A stretch of 64,000 nucleotides of DNA from Candidatus Parcubacteria bacterium. GTDB lineage: Bacteria > Patescibacteriota > Minisyncoccia > Phycocordibacterales > UBA2100. Below, in pieces: positions 31,974-40,980 of the stretch. Made by a program: the position numbers and the translations under genes. Position 1 is the first letter of the stretch. Each line of letters starts with the position of its first letter. Below the pieces are notes generated by a model. It saw nothing but the letters and a program-made list of their open reading frames with translations. It was not told the origin of the DNA and made no database searches. The stretch spans positions 2,384 through 66,383 of the forward strand of contig JBEEJY010000019.1 in NCBI GenBank assembly GCA_041168925.1, in the 5' to 3' direction.

Positions 31974-32445
31974 CCTTGAGTTTGGTCTGACGCTTCTTGT
32001 TGATTTTCGGCAGGCGGATCATAAGAATGCCGTGCTTTTCGGATGCTTCGGCGAGGTCGACGTCGATTTCTTCGGGGAGAAGGATGGTGCGCGAGAAAGA
32101 CCCCCAGTAGAGCTCGCGCTGGAAGTAGTCTTCGTCTCCCACTTCACGCTCATCTTCGCGGCTGCCGCTGATCGTGAGCATCTCGCGTGTGAGGGCGATG
32201 TCGATTGATTGAGGCTGCACGCCGGCGACGAGCGCTTTGACGACTATCGCGTCGGCAGTCTGGTAGATATCGACTGCGAGCTCGCCCTGCGCCTCCTCGC
32301 CCTGCCAATCTTCGCCGCGCAGATTGATGTGCGCATGTCGCTCATTGCCTTCGCCTTCGAAAACCGCGGGCACGCCGGAATCATCGAAATCATCCGCAGT
32401 TCCCGTAAGGCGGGCGAAAAATCCCGGTTTCTTGGTCATTGCCAT
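31960..32445 (-). CDS. Small heat-shock protein (Hsp20/alpha-crystallin)
   Basis: Alpha-crystallin domain pattern (AVDIYQTADAIVVKALVAGV...FSRTILLPEEID...GILMIRLPK). Confidence 0.85.
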   Translation of the reverse strand: MAMTKKPGFFARLTGTADDFDDSGVPAVFEGEGNERHAHINLRGEDWQGEEAQGELAVDIYQTADAIVVKALVAGVQPQSIDIALTREMLTISGSREDEREVGDEDYFQRELYWGSFSRTILLPEEIDVDLAEASEKHGILMIRLPKINKKRQTKLKVRSR

Positions 32446-33143
32446 AGTTTGCGTTTGACGGTCGGGTGGATGCGCTTTATGTACTCAAGCGCCGCCAAGA
32501 GCACGATAAGCCCGAGCCAGACTAATCCGAAGGTGCGCATGAGGTGCTGCTCGGGTGTATTCAGTATAAGGAAGTTGAAAAGTGAGTGCAAAGCCGCAGC
32601 GAGGATAACTCCCGCGGTGAGGAAGTAGCGTTTTGCGATGCGAGATTTGTAGAAAGAGAGCGCGAGCGCGACGCCGATCACGGAAGAAGAAAGCACGTGC
32701 AGAAGCGTCGCGCCGACGAAGCGCAGATTGCCCGTGAGGAGGGTTTGCATGAGCGTATCGCCCGCGAGCGGAGAAAGGAGGAAGAGAGTATTTTCGGCCG
32801 CCGCGAAGCCGAGTGCCACGGTCACCATGTAGATAACCGGATCGATCGGCTCATCGTCTTCGCGCCGGTGCAGCACCGTGACCCGCGCCATAAAGTACTT
32901 GATGCATTCCTCGAGCACCGACCAGGCGCTGAAGACGAGCGTTTGGGTCGCGAGGTAGGGCTGCACAAGCTTCTCGAGCGGGATGACGACAGCGACCGCG
33001 ACCATGCCGCCCAAGAAAGCGAGCGCGATGAGCCGACGCGGCTCCGGATGCGCGCTGTCTTCGCGCCGCCAAAACCACAACCACGCGAGCGGAGGAAGCA
33101 GTCCTCCGGCTATCGCTGCGGTGACAGGTTCCCATCCGGGCAT
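32436..33143 (-). CDS. prsW: PrsW-family intramembrane metalloprotease
   Basis: LEECIKY (EExxK), GFAAAENTLF (FxxxAAxE) and HxxxS motifs within a polytopic membrane protein. Confidence 0.75.
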   Translation of the reverse strand: MPGWEPVTAAIAGGLLPPLAWLWFWRREDSAHPEPRRLIALAFLGGMVAVAVVIPLEKLVQPYLATQTLVFSAWSVLEECIKYFMARVTVLHRREDDEPIDPVIYMVTVALGFAAAENTLFLLSPLAGDTLMQTLLTGNLRFVGATLLHVLSSSVIGVALALSFYKSRIAKRYFLTAGVILAAALHSLFNFLILNTPEQHLMRTFGLVWLGLIVLLAALEYIKRIHPTVKRKLWQ

Positions 33144-33150
33144 TGCTTTA

Positions 33151-35301
33151 TTATACCGCTGGCCAGCGAGCGACCATGATCTGGTCGCTTTCTTTTTTGG
33201 GGAGCTGCTGCCAAACGGCTTCGGTGACGAAGGGCATGAAAGGGTGGAGGAGTTTGAGGCAGATGAGAAGGATCTCGTACAAGGCGGCGGCGCGCGACGA
33301 GCGCGCCGCCGCGTCATCACCTTTCAGTATCGCCTTCGACTCTTCCAGTACCTCCGCAGCGAATCGATCCCACACGAAATGGTAGACCGTATCGGCCGCG
33401 TGATCGAGCCGGAAATTGTCGATGTTGTCGGAAACCTCCTTCGCCACGGCCATTGCTTCTTCAACGAGCTCGTTGTCCCGTTGTGCAAGTTTAACTTCTC
33501 CCACTTCGGGGTGTTCCAGTACGAAACGGGCGATGTTCCATACTTTGTTTGCGAAGTGTTTGTATCCTCGCACGCGATCTTCCGAAAGCTTGATGTCGTT
33601 GCCCGGCGCTGCACCGACGATGAGCGAGAGGCGCGCGGCATCAGCGCTGTATTTTTCGATCATCGTGAGCGGATCGATGATGTTGCCGAGACTCTTGCTC
33701 ATCTTGCGCCCCTGTGCGTCGCGCACCAGGCCGTGAAGATAGACATTTTTGAACGGAACGTCGCCGAGCAGAAATCCGCTCATGAGTATCATGCGCGCAA
33801 CCCAGAAAAATAGAATGTCGTAGCCGGTCTCGAGCACCGAGGTCGGGTGGTAGGATTCCAAGTCCTTTGTTTTGTCGGGCCAGCCGAGCGTCGAGAAGGT
33901 CCACAATCCGGAGGAAAACCACGTATCGAGCGTGTCTGGGTCTTGCTCCCATCCCGCGCCGGGGTCTTCAACGCACGCTTTCGTTTCGTCGCCTTTATAC
34001 CAAACGGGGATGCGATGTCCGAACCATATCTGCCGCGAGATGCACCAGTCGCGCAGGTTGTCTATCCAGTGGTAGTAGATCTTTTCGAATCGCTCCGGCA
34101 TTATCTTGATCCGCCCGCTCTCGACGACGCTTCGCATCCACTCTTTGAGCGTGCGCATCTTCCCGTCCGGGAACCGTACAGATTTGTTGACTGCCACAAA
34201 CCACTGCCGCTTCACCTGCGGCTCGATGATGCCGCCGCCGCGGCTGTTGGTCGCCACGTTGTGCATGTAGTTCTCATCCACCTTCACGACAAGCCCTTTT
34301 TTCTGAAGCTCTTCAACAATTGCCGCGCGCGCTTTCTTGATGTGCCAGCCTCGGAACTCGCCGGCGATATCAAGAAGGATGCCTCGGTCGTCGATGACCG
34401 GCGTAATCTCAAGGCCGTACTTTTGCGCGAGCTCGAAATCATGAGCGTCGTGAGCGGGCGTTATCGTCATGGCACCCGAACCGAAGCTCATATCGACGCC
34501 TTCGTCCTTGATGATAGTCGCGGTGATGGGGCCGTTTATCCATTCGAGTCGGATCTGCTGTCCGTGCTCGTACCGCGCATACCTCTCGTCAGCCGGATGC
34601 ATGATCACCCACTTGTCGCCGAATTTCGTTTCCGGACGTACGGTGCCGATCGTGAACGGGCCGTACTGCAAGTAGTAAAACGGATCTTTTTGCTCGACGT
34701 ATTCGATCTCATCGTCCGAAACGGTCGTTTGCAGCTTCGGGTCCCAATTCACGATCCGGTCGCCGCGGTAGATAAGGCCCGCGTCGTACATGCGCACAAA
34801 CGCCTCCATCACCGCGCCATAGCGTTTCTCGTCCATGGTGTAGGCATAGCGGCTCCAGTCGAGACTGCTGCCCATCTTCTTAGTCTGATTGATTATCGTC
34901 GCCTTGCTTTCCTCGGTAAACTCACTGATGCGGCGCAGAAGCTCGTCGCGACCGAGGTCGTGCCTCGTCTTCTTCTCCTTCTTGTAAATATCGGTCTCGA
35001 CCTTCGCCTGCGTCGCGATAGCCGCCGAGTCGGCACCGGGAAGCCAGAGCGTCTTATACCCGCGCATGCGGTGGTAGCGGATCAAAATATCCTCGATCGC
35101 GAGCATCGCCGCGTGTCCCATGTGAAGGGTGCCGGTTACATTCGGCGGAGGCAACACTATCGAATACGCACCCTTGTCGGCGTGAGGAAGGTTGTCGGGA
35201 TTCGTGTAGCCACTGCGCTCCCAAAGCTCTAGCATCTTGGGCTCTTGCGCCGCGGGATCGTAGGGTTTGAGGAAGATTTCAGGCGCTTTTGAGGGCTCCA
35301 T
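33151..35301 (-). CDS. valS: Valyl-tRNA synthetase
   Basis: HMGHA (HIGH) and KMSKS motifs, editing domain present. 716 aa. Confidence 0.95.
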   Translation of the reverse strand: MEPSKAPEIFLKPYDPAAQEPKMLELWERSGYTNPDNLPHADKGAYSIVLPPPNVTGTLHMGHAAMLAIEDILIRYHRMRGYKTLWLPGADSAAIATQAKVETDIYKKEKKTRHDLGRDELLRRISEFTEESKATIINQTKKMGSSLDWSRYAYTMDEKRYGAVMEAFVRMYDAGLIYRGDRIVNWDPKLQTTVSDDEIEYVEQKDPFYYLQYGPFTIGTVRPETKFGDKWVIMHPADERYARYEHGQQIRLEWINGPITATIIKDEGVDMSFGSGAMTITPAHDAHDFELAQKYGLEITPVIDDRGILLDIAGEFRGWHIKKARAAIVEELQKKGLVVKVDENYMHNVATNSRGGGIIEPQVKRQWFVAVNKSVRFPDGKMRTLKEWMRSVVESGRIKIMPERFEKIYYHWIDNLRDWCISRQIWFGHRIPVWYKGDETKACVEDPGAGWEQDPDTLDTWFSSGLWTFSTLGWPDKTKDLESYHPTSVLETGYDILFFWVARMILMSGFLLGDVPFKNVYLHGLVRDAQGRKMSKSLGNIIDPLTMIEKYSADAARLSLIVGAAPGNDIKLSEDRVRGYKHFANKVWNIARFVLEHPEVGEVKLAQRDNELVEEAMAVAKEVSDNIDNFRLDHAADTVYHFVWDRFAAEVLEESKAILKGDDAAARSSRAAALYEILLICLKLLHPFMPFVTEAVWQQLPKKESDQIMVARWPAV

Positions 35302-35310
35302 TGCGCTACT

Positions 35311-36342
35311 TTAGCACAGTTTCATTGCCCCGTTGGCGGCGAGCTTTTCGAGCTCCGCGAACTCATATGTTCGTGCGTGGAAGTAGCCCGCGAGCGCTAT
35401 CATGAGCCCGTTGTCGGTCGAGAATTGGGGCGGGCAAACGAGAAGCTTGCAACCGACAGCCTCGAGTCTTTCTCTCAATGCGGCACGGATGTACTTGTTG
35501 GCCGAGACGCCGCCGCCCACGACGACTGCATTCGCGCCGCGCTCTTCCACCGCTCGCAGCGTCTTGCCGACGAGAACGTCGGCGGCGGCGTCCTCAAACT
35601 CCCGAGCGAGCGCACGCTTGTCATCGTCAGTTAATTGTCTGTTCTCGGTCAGTCGTAAAACGGCCGTCTTCAATCCCGAGAAAGAGAAATCGTAGCTGTT
35701 TTCATTGAGCATCGGGCGCGGAAGTTTGATATCGGAAGGAAAGTTCATTTCTCGTGCCTCTGCCGCCAAGCGGCTGATGTGTGGCCCCCCGGGGTAGGGG
35801 AGTCCCAGCATGCGCGCGACCTTGTCGAAGGCTTCTCCCACGGCGTCGTCACGCGTGCGCCCGAGATATTCGTACGCGCCGAATTTCCGCATCAGAATGA
35901 GCTCGGTGTGTCCGCCGGAAATAAGCAGCGCGAGCGCGGGAAATTCGAAGGTGGCGAGTCGGTCTCCACTCATCATTCCCATGAGAATATGTCCTTCCAT
36001 GTGATTCGCGCCGACGACGGGTACATGCCACTGTACTGCGAGTTCATGCGCGAAGGTAATACCCTGCCACAAGCATGGTTCAATGCCCGGCCCCGCGGTC
36101 ACCGCAATAACATCCGGCTTGTCTGACGATATGTTTCGCACTTTTCCGAGCAGCAGCGGGAGATTCTTGATGTGCTCATTTTTCGCGAGGTTTGGATAAA
36201 TACCGCCGTATTCGGCGTGTCGCTGTGAAGCCACTTCATTTGCCAGCACCGAAAAACGAAAATCGCTGCCGAGTTCGCCGTCGGCTTGTATCAGAGCGAT
36301 GCCGGTATCATCAGCTGACGTCTCTATACCTAGGACTTTCAT
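35311..36342 (-). CDS. tsaD: tRNA N6-adenosine threonylcarbamoyltransferase
   Basis: MKVLGIETSADDTGIALI and the NHMEGH metal-binding motif. Confidence 0.9.
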   Translation of the reverse strand: MKVLGIETSADDTGIALIQADGELGSDFRFSVLANEVASQRHAEYGGIYPNLAKNEHIKNLPLLLGKVRNISSDKPDVIAVTAGPGIEPCLWQGITFAHELAVQWHVPVVGANHMEGHILMGMMSGDRLATFEFPALALLISGGHTELILMRKFGAYEYLGRTRDDAVGEAFDKVARMLGLPYPGGPHISRLAAEAREMNFPSDIKLPRPMLNENSYDFSFSGLKTAVLRLTENRQLTDDDKRALAREFEDAAADVLVGKTLRAVEERGANAVVVGGGVSANKYIRAALRERLEAVGCKLLVCPPQFSTDNGLMIALAGYFHARTYEFAELEKLAANGAMKLC

Positions 36343-36366
36343 TCGACGTGTTATAGCATAAAGGCG

Positions 36367-37194
36367 ATGGAATTCCGATACTTTTCGCGCAACGGCGAGT
36401 TGCGCCCCATCGCCGAGGCGGATATCTCACTCGCGAATATCGAGTATCAGTACGGCTTCGGCGTCTATGAGACCCTGCGTATATCGAAAGGCGTCCCGTA
36501 TTTCGCTCGTGAACACATCGAGCGCCTTCTGGAATCGGCGCGAGTCATCGGGCTGCAGCATTCTTTGTCGGCTGCGACGATAGCACAAAGTATCGCGGAA
36601 CTTATTAAAAAGAACGAAGTAGACATTTGCAACGCCAAGATACTGCTCATTGGGGGGAAGACTGCCGCCGATGCAACGATCAGTATCCTTTGCCTCAATC
36701 CGCTCTTTCCCGACAAGAAACTCTATCGAGACGGCGTGCATACCATAACGGTGCAGCACGAGCGCGGTTTCCCGCATGCGAAGACCTTGAGCATGCTCGG
36801 CAGCTACCTTGCGTTCCAAAAAGCCCGCTCGCTTGGCGCCTACGACGCTCTGCTTGTCGATCGGGCCGGGAATATCGTCGAGGGGACGCGCACCAACTTT
36901 TTTTGCATCCACGACAAAACGATCTTTTCCCCGCCGGAAGAAAAGATATTACTCGGCGTTACGAGAAAGGCGGTACTCAAGGTTGCCGCGGAACGCGGAT
37001 ACAAGCTCTGGGAAGGCGATATACCGCTCGCACATATCGCCGACTATGACGGCGCGTTCCTTACGAGCACGTCGTCGAATATCCTCCCTATCAAATCCAT
37101 CGATACGTTTACGTTCCCGGCCATTCCGAGCACACTCGGAGAGCTGATGCCAGCGTTCGACAAGTACCTTGACGATTGCGGGGGAAAAATGTGA
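36367..37194 (+). CDS. Class IV (D-amino-acid / branched-chain / ADC-lyase type) PLP-dependent aminotransferase
   Basis: N-terminal pattern GFGVYETLRISKGVPYFAREHIERL typical of fold-type IV enzymes. Confidence 0.75.
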   Translation: MEFRYFSRNGELRPIAEADISLANIEYQYGFGVYETLRISKGVPYFAREHIERLLESARVIGLQHSLSAATIAQSIAELIKKNEVDICNAKILLIGGKTAADATISILCLNPLFPDKKLYRDGVHTITVQHERGFPHAKTLSMLGSYLAFQKARSLGAYDALLVDRAGNIVEGTRTNFFCIHDKTIFSPPEEKILLGVTRKAVLKVAAERGYKLWEGDIPLAHIADYDGAFLTSTSSNILPIKSIDTFTFPAIPSTLGELMPAFDKYLDDCGGKM

Positions 37195-37198
37195 TTAG

Positions 37199-37270
37199 TG
37201 CGCGGTGAGGGGATTGAACCCCCGGCCTACCCTACGTCAAAGGGTCGCTCTACCACTGAGCTAACCGCGC
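37199..37270 (-). tRNA. tRNA-Val (GAC)
   Basis: Hand-folded cloverleaf: 7-bp acceptor stem, anticodon loop TTGACGT, T-loop TTCAATC. CCA is not encoded. Confidence 0.8.
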
Positions 37271-37317
37271 TTCAATATAATATAGCAGAGCGAAAGTATT
37301 TTCGGTAGGATTCGGCG

Positions 37318-37953
37318 ATGGAGCATCTATTGCTGCGTCCGGATAACATAAAGGAAGTTGCCGCCCGCGCGGCGGCTGTCTGCCGCGCGGGAGGCGTCGT
37401 CTTGTACCCGACCGACACGCTCTATGGCCTCGGGGCCGACGCCCTCTCCGACGAAGCCGTCGCGAAGATATACGAAATAAAAGCACGGGACACGTCAAAA
37501 CCCATTCATGCTATCGTCGGATCTTTGGAAATGGCTGCGCGCTATGCTGAGATACCGGAAGTGGTTGAACGCATCGCAGCGCACGCGCCGTGGGGCAAGG
37601 TGGCTTTCATCTGCAAGAAGGCACCTGGGTTGGAAAGCGGCATTTGTCGCGGCATCGACACCTTTGGCTTTCGCGTTCCCGAGAGCGATCTGTGTGCTGC
37701 GATATCGCGCGCGTTTGGAAAACCGTACACGGCAACGAGTGCGAATACAAGCGGCGCGTCGCAGGCGCGCCGCGTCGAGGAGATAGTGACGCAGCTTAAA
37801 GCGCGATCAGCCGGTATTGATCTCGTTATCGACGCGGGCGAATTGCCCGCGAGCGCTCCCTCGACAATCGTTGATGTCACTCACGAAACGCCGGTGATCG
37901 TGCGCGAAGGCGCCGTTCCAGCAAGCAAAATCGAGCCATTTTTGCGGGATTGA
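37318..37953 (+). CDS. tsaC: L-threonylcarbamoyladenylate synthase (YrdC/Sua5 family)
   Basis: PTDTLYGLGADA and TSANTSG motifs. Confidence 0.85.
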   Translation: MEHLLLRPDNIKEVAARAAAVCRAGGVVLYPTDTLYGLGADALSDEAVAKIYEIKARDTSKPIHAIVGSLEMAARYAEIPEVVERIAAHAPWGKVAFICKKAPGLESGICRGIDTFGFRVPESDLCAAISRAFGKPYTATSANTSGASQARRVEEIVTQLKARSAGIDLVIDAGELPASAPSTIVDVTHETPVIVREGAVPASKIEPFLRD

Positions 37954-37999
37954 CGCCGCGGCACGCTGCCGTACACTGCCGGTATATTCATAATTCATT

Positions 38000-38539
38000 T
38001 TGAGCGTGCGTATGGACATGAATGATACAGGTAATCGGATTACGGCAGCGATCGTGGTAGTGATTCTCATTATCGGCGCGTGGTACCTCGGCTACTCGCG
38101 AGGCGGCACTTCGTCAAGCGAACCCACGCCAACATCGAGCACGGGCACTTCGACGCCGAGTTCGAGCGCGGGAGATACGGGCGGCTTGATGAGCACGGAA
38201 AATCCGTCCGCCTCGCCTTCCACTGTGACGGCGGGAGAAAGCGTCAATGTCTCGGATCAGGCGGCAGGTTCAGCCGTGAGGGTCGCGATGGTCACGCTCT
38301 CTCAGCGAGGCTGGCTCGCGGCGCGCGACAGCAGCGGCAAGATCTTGGGCGCGGCTCGCTTTGAGCCGGGTTCCAACACCGGCGTGAGTATCCCGCTCCT
38401 TCGGCCGACTGTCTCCGGAGAGAAATATCAGGTGCTCGTCTATATCGACGACGGCGATAATTCGTTCGATCTCCACAAGGACACGCTCGTCATGAATGCG
38501 GACGGCTCCGTCGCCGGTACGACCTTCAGCGCGCAGTAA
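38000..38539 (+). CDS. Membrane-anchored Ser/Thr-rich secreted protein
   Basis: N-terminal TM helix, a Ser/Thr/Pro-rich linker, then a C-terminal beta-rich domain. Confidence 0.55.
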   Translation: MSVRMDMNDTGNRITAAIVVVILIIGAWYLGYSRGGTSSSEPTPTSSTGTSTPSSSAGDTGGLMSTENPSASPSTVTAGESVNVSDQAAGSAVRVAMVTLSQRGWLAARDSSGKILGAARFEPGSNTGVSIPLLRPTVSGEKYQVLVYIDDGDNSFDLHKDTLVMNADGSVAGTTFSAQ

Positions 38540-39089
38540 TCTTCCGCCCTCGTTTCTCTTTGAGAACAAATCGCCACGGCTTGTCGGTCCATGTGCCGCG
38601 GCCGGGTATGCCGATGCGAGGCGTGCGAACTATCGCACGCCTCGTTACGCGTTCGCCCCGGTCTTCCACCCAAAGGCCGGCTTTCCGTCCGAGCTTCATT
38701 CCGCTCAAACTCTTGTCGATACCGAGATGCTTCGTAACTTTGGCAGGACCGTCGAGTTTTACATCGGTATGCACTGATTCAAGCCCGCGGATGAGCACTG
38801 CGGCCGGGAAGTCCTTGCGCTCACAGACGAGATTGAGCATCCAGTGCATGCCGTACGTGAAGTAGACGTAGATGGTGCCCGGCGGGCCGAACATCGGAGT
38901 GTTGCGGGGCGTTTGCTTGCGGTGCGCGTGCGATCCTTTATCTTGAAAACCGAAGTATGCTTCTGTCTCCGCGATCTTGAATCCAAACGCTTGCTTGCCT
39001 ATCTGGCGGACCAGGTATTTGCCGAGTAAGTCCCGCGCGACCGTGAGTGTCGGCCGGTCGAAAAAAGCGGGACCGAGCTTTTTGCGCAT
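38526..39089 (-). CDS. mpg: DNA-3-methyladenine glycosylase (Mpg/AAG family)
   Basis: VARDLLGK...ETEAY...D..SHA...PGT.YVYFTYGMH pattern. Confidence 0.85.
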   Translation of the reverse strand: MRKKLGPAFFDRPTLTVARDLLGKYLVRQIGKQAFGFKIAETEAYFGFQDKGSHAHRKQTPRNTPMFGPPGTIYVYFTYGMHWMLNLVCERKDFPAAVLIRGLESVHTDVKLDGPAKVTKHLGIDKSLSGMKLGRKAGLWVEDRGERVTRRAIVRTPRIGIPGRGTWTDKPWRFVLKEKRGRKITAR

Positions 39090-39127
39090 AGATGCGCATC
39101 ATACACCGAAGCGATGCTTGCATAAGT

Positions 39128-40172
39128 TCAGATACATTTGGCACTCGGGTAGAACCTGAGGAATGAGGCAATTTAATATCTGGAAGGGAGTGCGCGGGGC
39201 GCGGCGTTTGTACAACGATACGGTACGGTGGCACCATATGGCCACTGAACGGGCGAAAAAGCGATTAACAATCATAGCGTTTTGGGAGAAGCATGGAGGG
39301 GAGGCGACGGTCGATGCCTTCGGAGTATCAAGACGGACGCTGTTCCGTTGGAAGGCGAAGCTCCGGAAGGGCAACGGCCACGTCGACGGCCTGAACGAGA
39401 GAAGTACCGCACCGCTGCGGCGCAGGAAACGGGTCTATCCTCCGGGTTTCCTCGAGAGCGTCATCACGCTGCGAAAGGACCATCATCGCATCGGCAAGAA
39501 GAAGATCGCCTCCCTTCTCAACGTCTCAGAGTCATATGCCGGACGCTGCCTCTTCGATCTCAAGGAACGCGCTCTTCTGCCTGCGGGAACAACACTCTCG
39601 TTGTACGCGAGGAGTGGACACTTGCACGAGAGAAAACCCATGTATCGCAAGAAGATACGGCGATCGCACAAGCGAGGTATCGAAGTCGATACGGTCATCC
39701 GATTCGTGGACGGCATCAAGCGCTACATCTACACCGCCATCGACGTGGAGAAGAAGTTCGCCCTCGCCGGAGCGTACACCAACCACTCGTCGGCCTCTGC
39801 GGCTGATTTTCTCGGGAAACTCCGTACGGTCGCTCCCTTCGACATCCAAGAGATCCAGTCCGACAATGGAAGCGAGTTCGCGCTCCGATTCGAGGAGGCC
39901 TGTACAGCGCTCGGTATCACGCACTTCCACACGTATCCGCGTTCTCCCAAGATGAACGCTCACGTCGAACGCTTCAACCGGACGCTCTCGGAAGACTTCA
40001 TCCAGCACCACCGCGGAGCTCTTCGTGACGATCTGAAGCGCTTCAACGAACTCCTGATCGACTGGCTTCTGTGGTACAACACCGAACGACCTCACCAGTC
40101 TCTTGGAATGCTCTCTCCACTGCGCTATATTGTCAGGGACTTAACAGCACACCAGTGCCAAATGTACTGGAC
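39128..40172 (+). mobile_element. IS481-like insertion sequence (about 1.05 kb)
   Basis: Imperfect terminal inverted repeats of about 20 bp: cagaTACATTTGGCACTcgg at the left end and its complement (AGTGCCAAATGTActgg) at the right end. One transposase ORF inside. Confidence 0.7.
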
Positions 40173-40188
40173 TAGTACAATGCTTTGA
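39238..40188 (+). CDS. DDE transposase, HTH plus rve integrase core (IS481/IS3-like)
   Basis: DDE triad contexts (TAIDVEKK, SDNGSEF, HVERFNRTL) and YNTERPHQSLG. Start placed at MATERAKKRL. The stop lies about 16 nt beyond the right inverted repeat. Confidence 0.85.
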   Translation: MATERAKKRLTIIAFWEKHGGEATVDAFGVSRRTLFRWKAKLRKGNGHVDGLNERSTAPLRRRKRVYPPGFLESVITLRKDHHRIGKKKIASLLNVSESYAGRCLFDLKERALLPAGTTLSLYARSGHLHERKPMYRKKIRRSHKRGIEVDTVIRFVDGIKRYIYTAIDVEKKFALAGAYTNHSSASAADFLGKLRTVAPFDIQEIQSDNGSEFALRFEEACTALGITHFHTYPRSPKMNAHVERFNRTLSEDFIQHHRGALRDDLKRFNELLIDWLLWYNTERPHQSLGMLSPLRYIVRDLTAHQCQMYWTSTML

Positions 40189-40315
40189 CGTCACGCATAA
40201 TTAAGTCTAGAGTATTTGCGCTCGCCTCCGGTTTCCTGCGCGTCGTTATGACGCTCGGGAGCTCTGGAGGAGAGAGTAGCTCTTTCAGTGTTGAAGCGGA
40301 CTACTCGGGAAGGGA

Positions 40316-40570
40316 GTGACCATGCCTGGTGTCGACCGATGTCTCACGGGCAGTATCAACGGCATCTCGCAAAACGGCGACTATGCCTTCGTCAACGACG
40401 CGGCGGCGATCAACGGCTACCGGGGTGACCCACCGCAATCGGTCTTCGTGCACATCCGTCAGCTTGAAGGAGATCGTTTTCATGAGGGTATGAAGATCGA
40501 CTTCAATGTCCGTCCCGGCAGGAACGGTAAGCCGGAGGCCTACGATGTGATCAAGTGCAGTAGGCACTGA
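40316..40570 (+). CDS. Cold-shock-domain-like small protein with an atypical N-terminus
   Basis: VFVHIRQL...EGMKIDFNV..GRNGKPEAYDV matches CspA strands beta3-beta5. The canonical KWFN/KGFGFI motifs are replaced. Confidence 0.55.
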   Translation: MTMPGVDRCLTGSINGISQNGDYAFVNDAAAINGYRGDPPQSVFVHIRQLEGDRFHEGMKIDFNVRPGRNGKPEAYDVIKCSRH

Positions 40571-40666
40571 ACATTCATGCATTCATAGGCGGTAAGTCTT
40601 TGCAGCCCGCCCCCGGTCTCGAGGGCGGGCACGATTTATATATTCGCGCGTCAAAAAACTGTATGA

Positions 40667-40738
40667 TGACCCTATCGGGAATCGAACCCGAGTTAACAGC
40701 TTGAAAAGCTGCTGTCCTAACCACTAGACGATAGGGCC
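40667..40738 (-). tRNA. tRNA-Glu (TTC)
   Basis: Hand fold: anticodon loop TTTTCAA, T-loop TTCGATT, one G-U pair in the acceptor stem. No CCA encoded. Confidence 0.75.
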
Positions 40739-40870
40739 CCGTTTATCCTCCATAGCTTTAGCGACGGAGGGCTTCGCCGATGGCTTCGCAGGGAAAGGCT
40801 GCGAAGCGGCGAATGGTGAGCAGTTTAGCGCATTTTTCTGCGCCCATAAAGTGTGGTATTTTGTCCGCTT

Positions 40871-40955
40871 GGAGAGGTGCGTGAGTGGTTGAAACGAGCG
40901 GTTTCGAAAACCGCCATACCGAAAGGTATCGGGAGTTCGAATCTCCCCCTCTCCG
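40871..40955 (+). tRNA. tRNA-Ser (CGA), type II
   Basis: Anticodon loop TTCGAAA, long variable arm (ATACC-gaaa-GGTAT), 3-bp D stem. No CCA encoded. Confidence 0.8.
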
Positions 40956-40980
40956 AAATGGTGTACACTAGAGCACTGTC

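Noticed and set aside
33847-35232. 461-aa plus-strand ORF antisense to valS
   Set aside because: Entirely within valS. No motifs.
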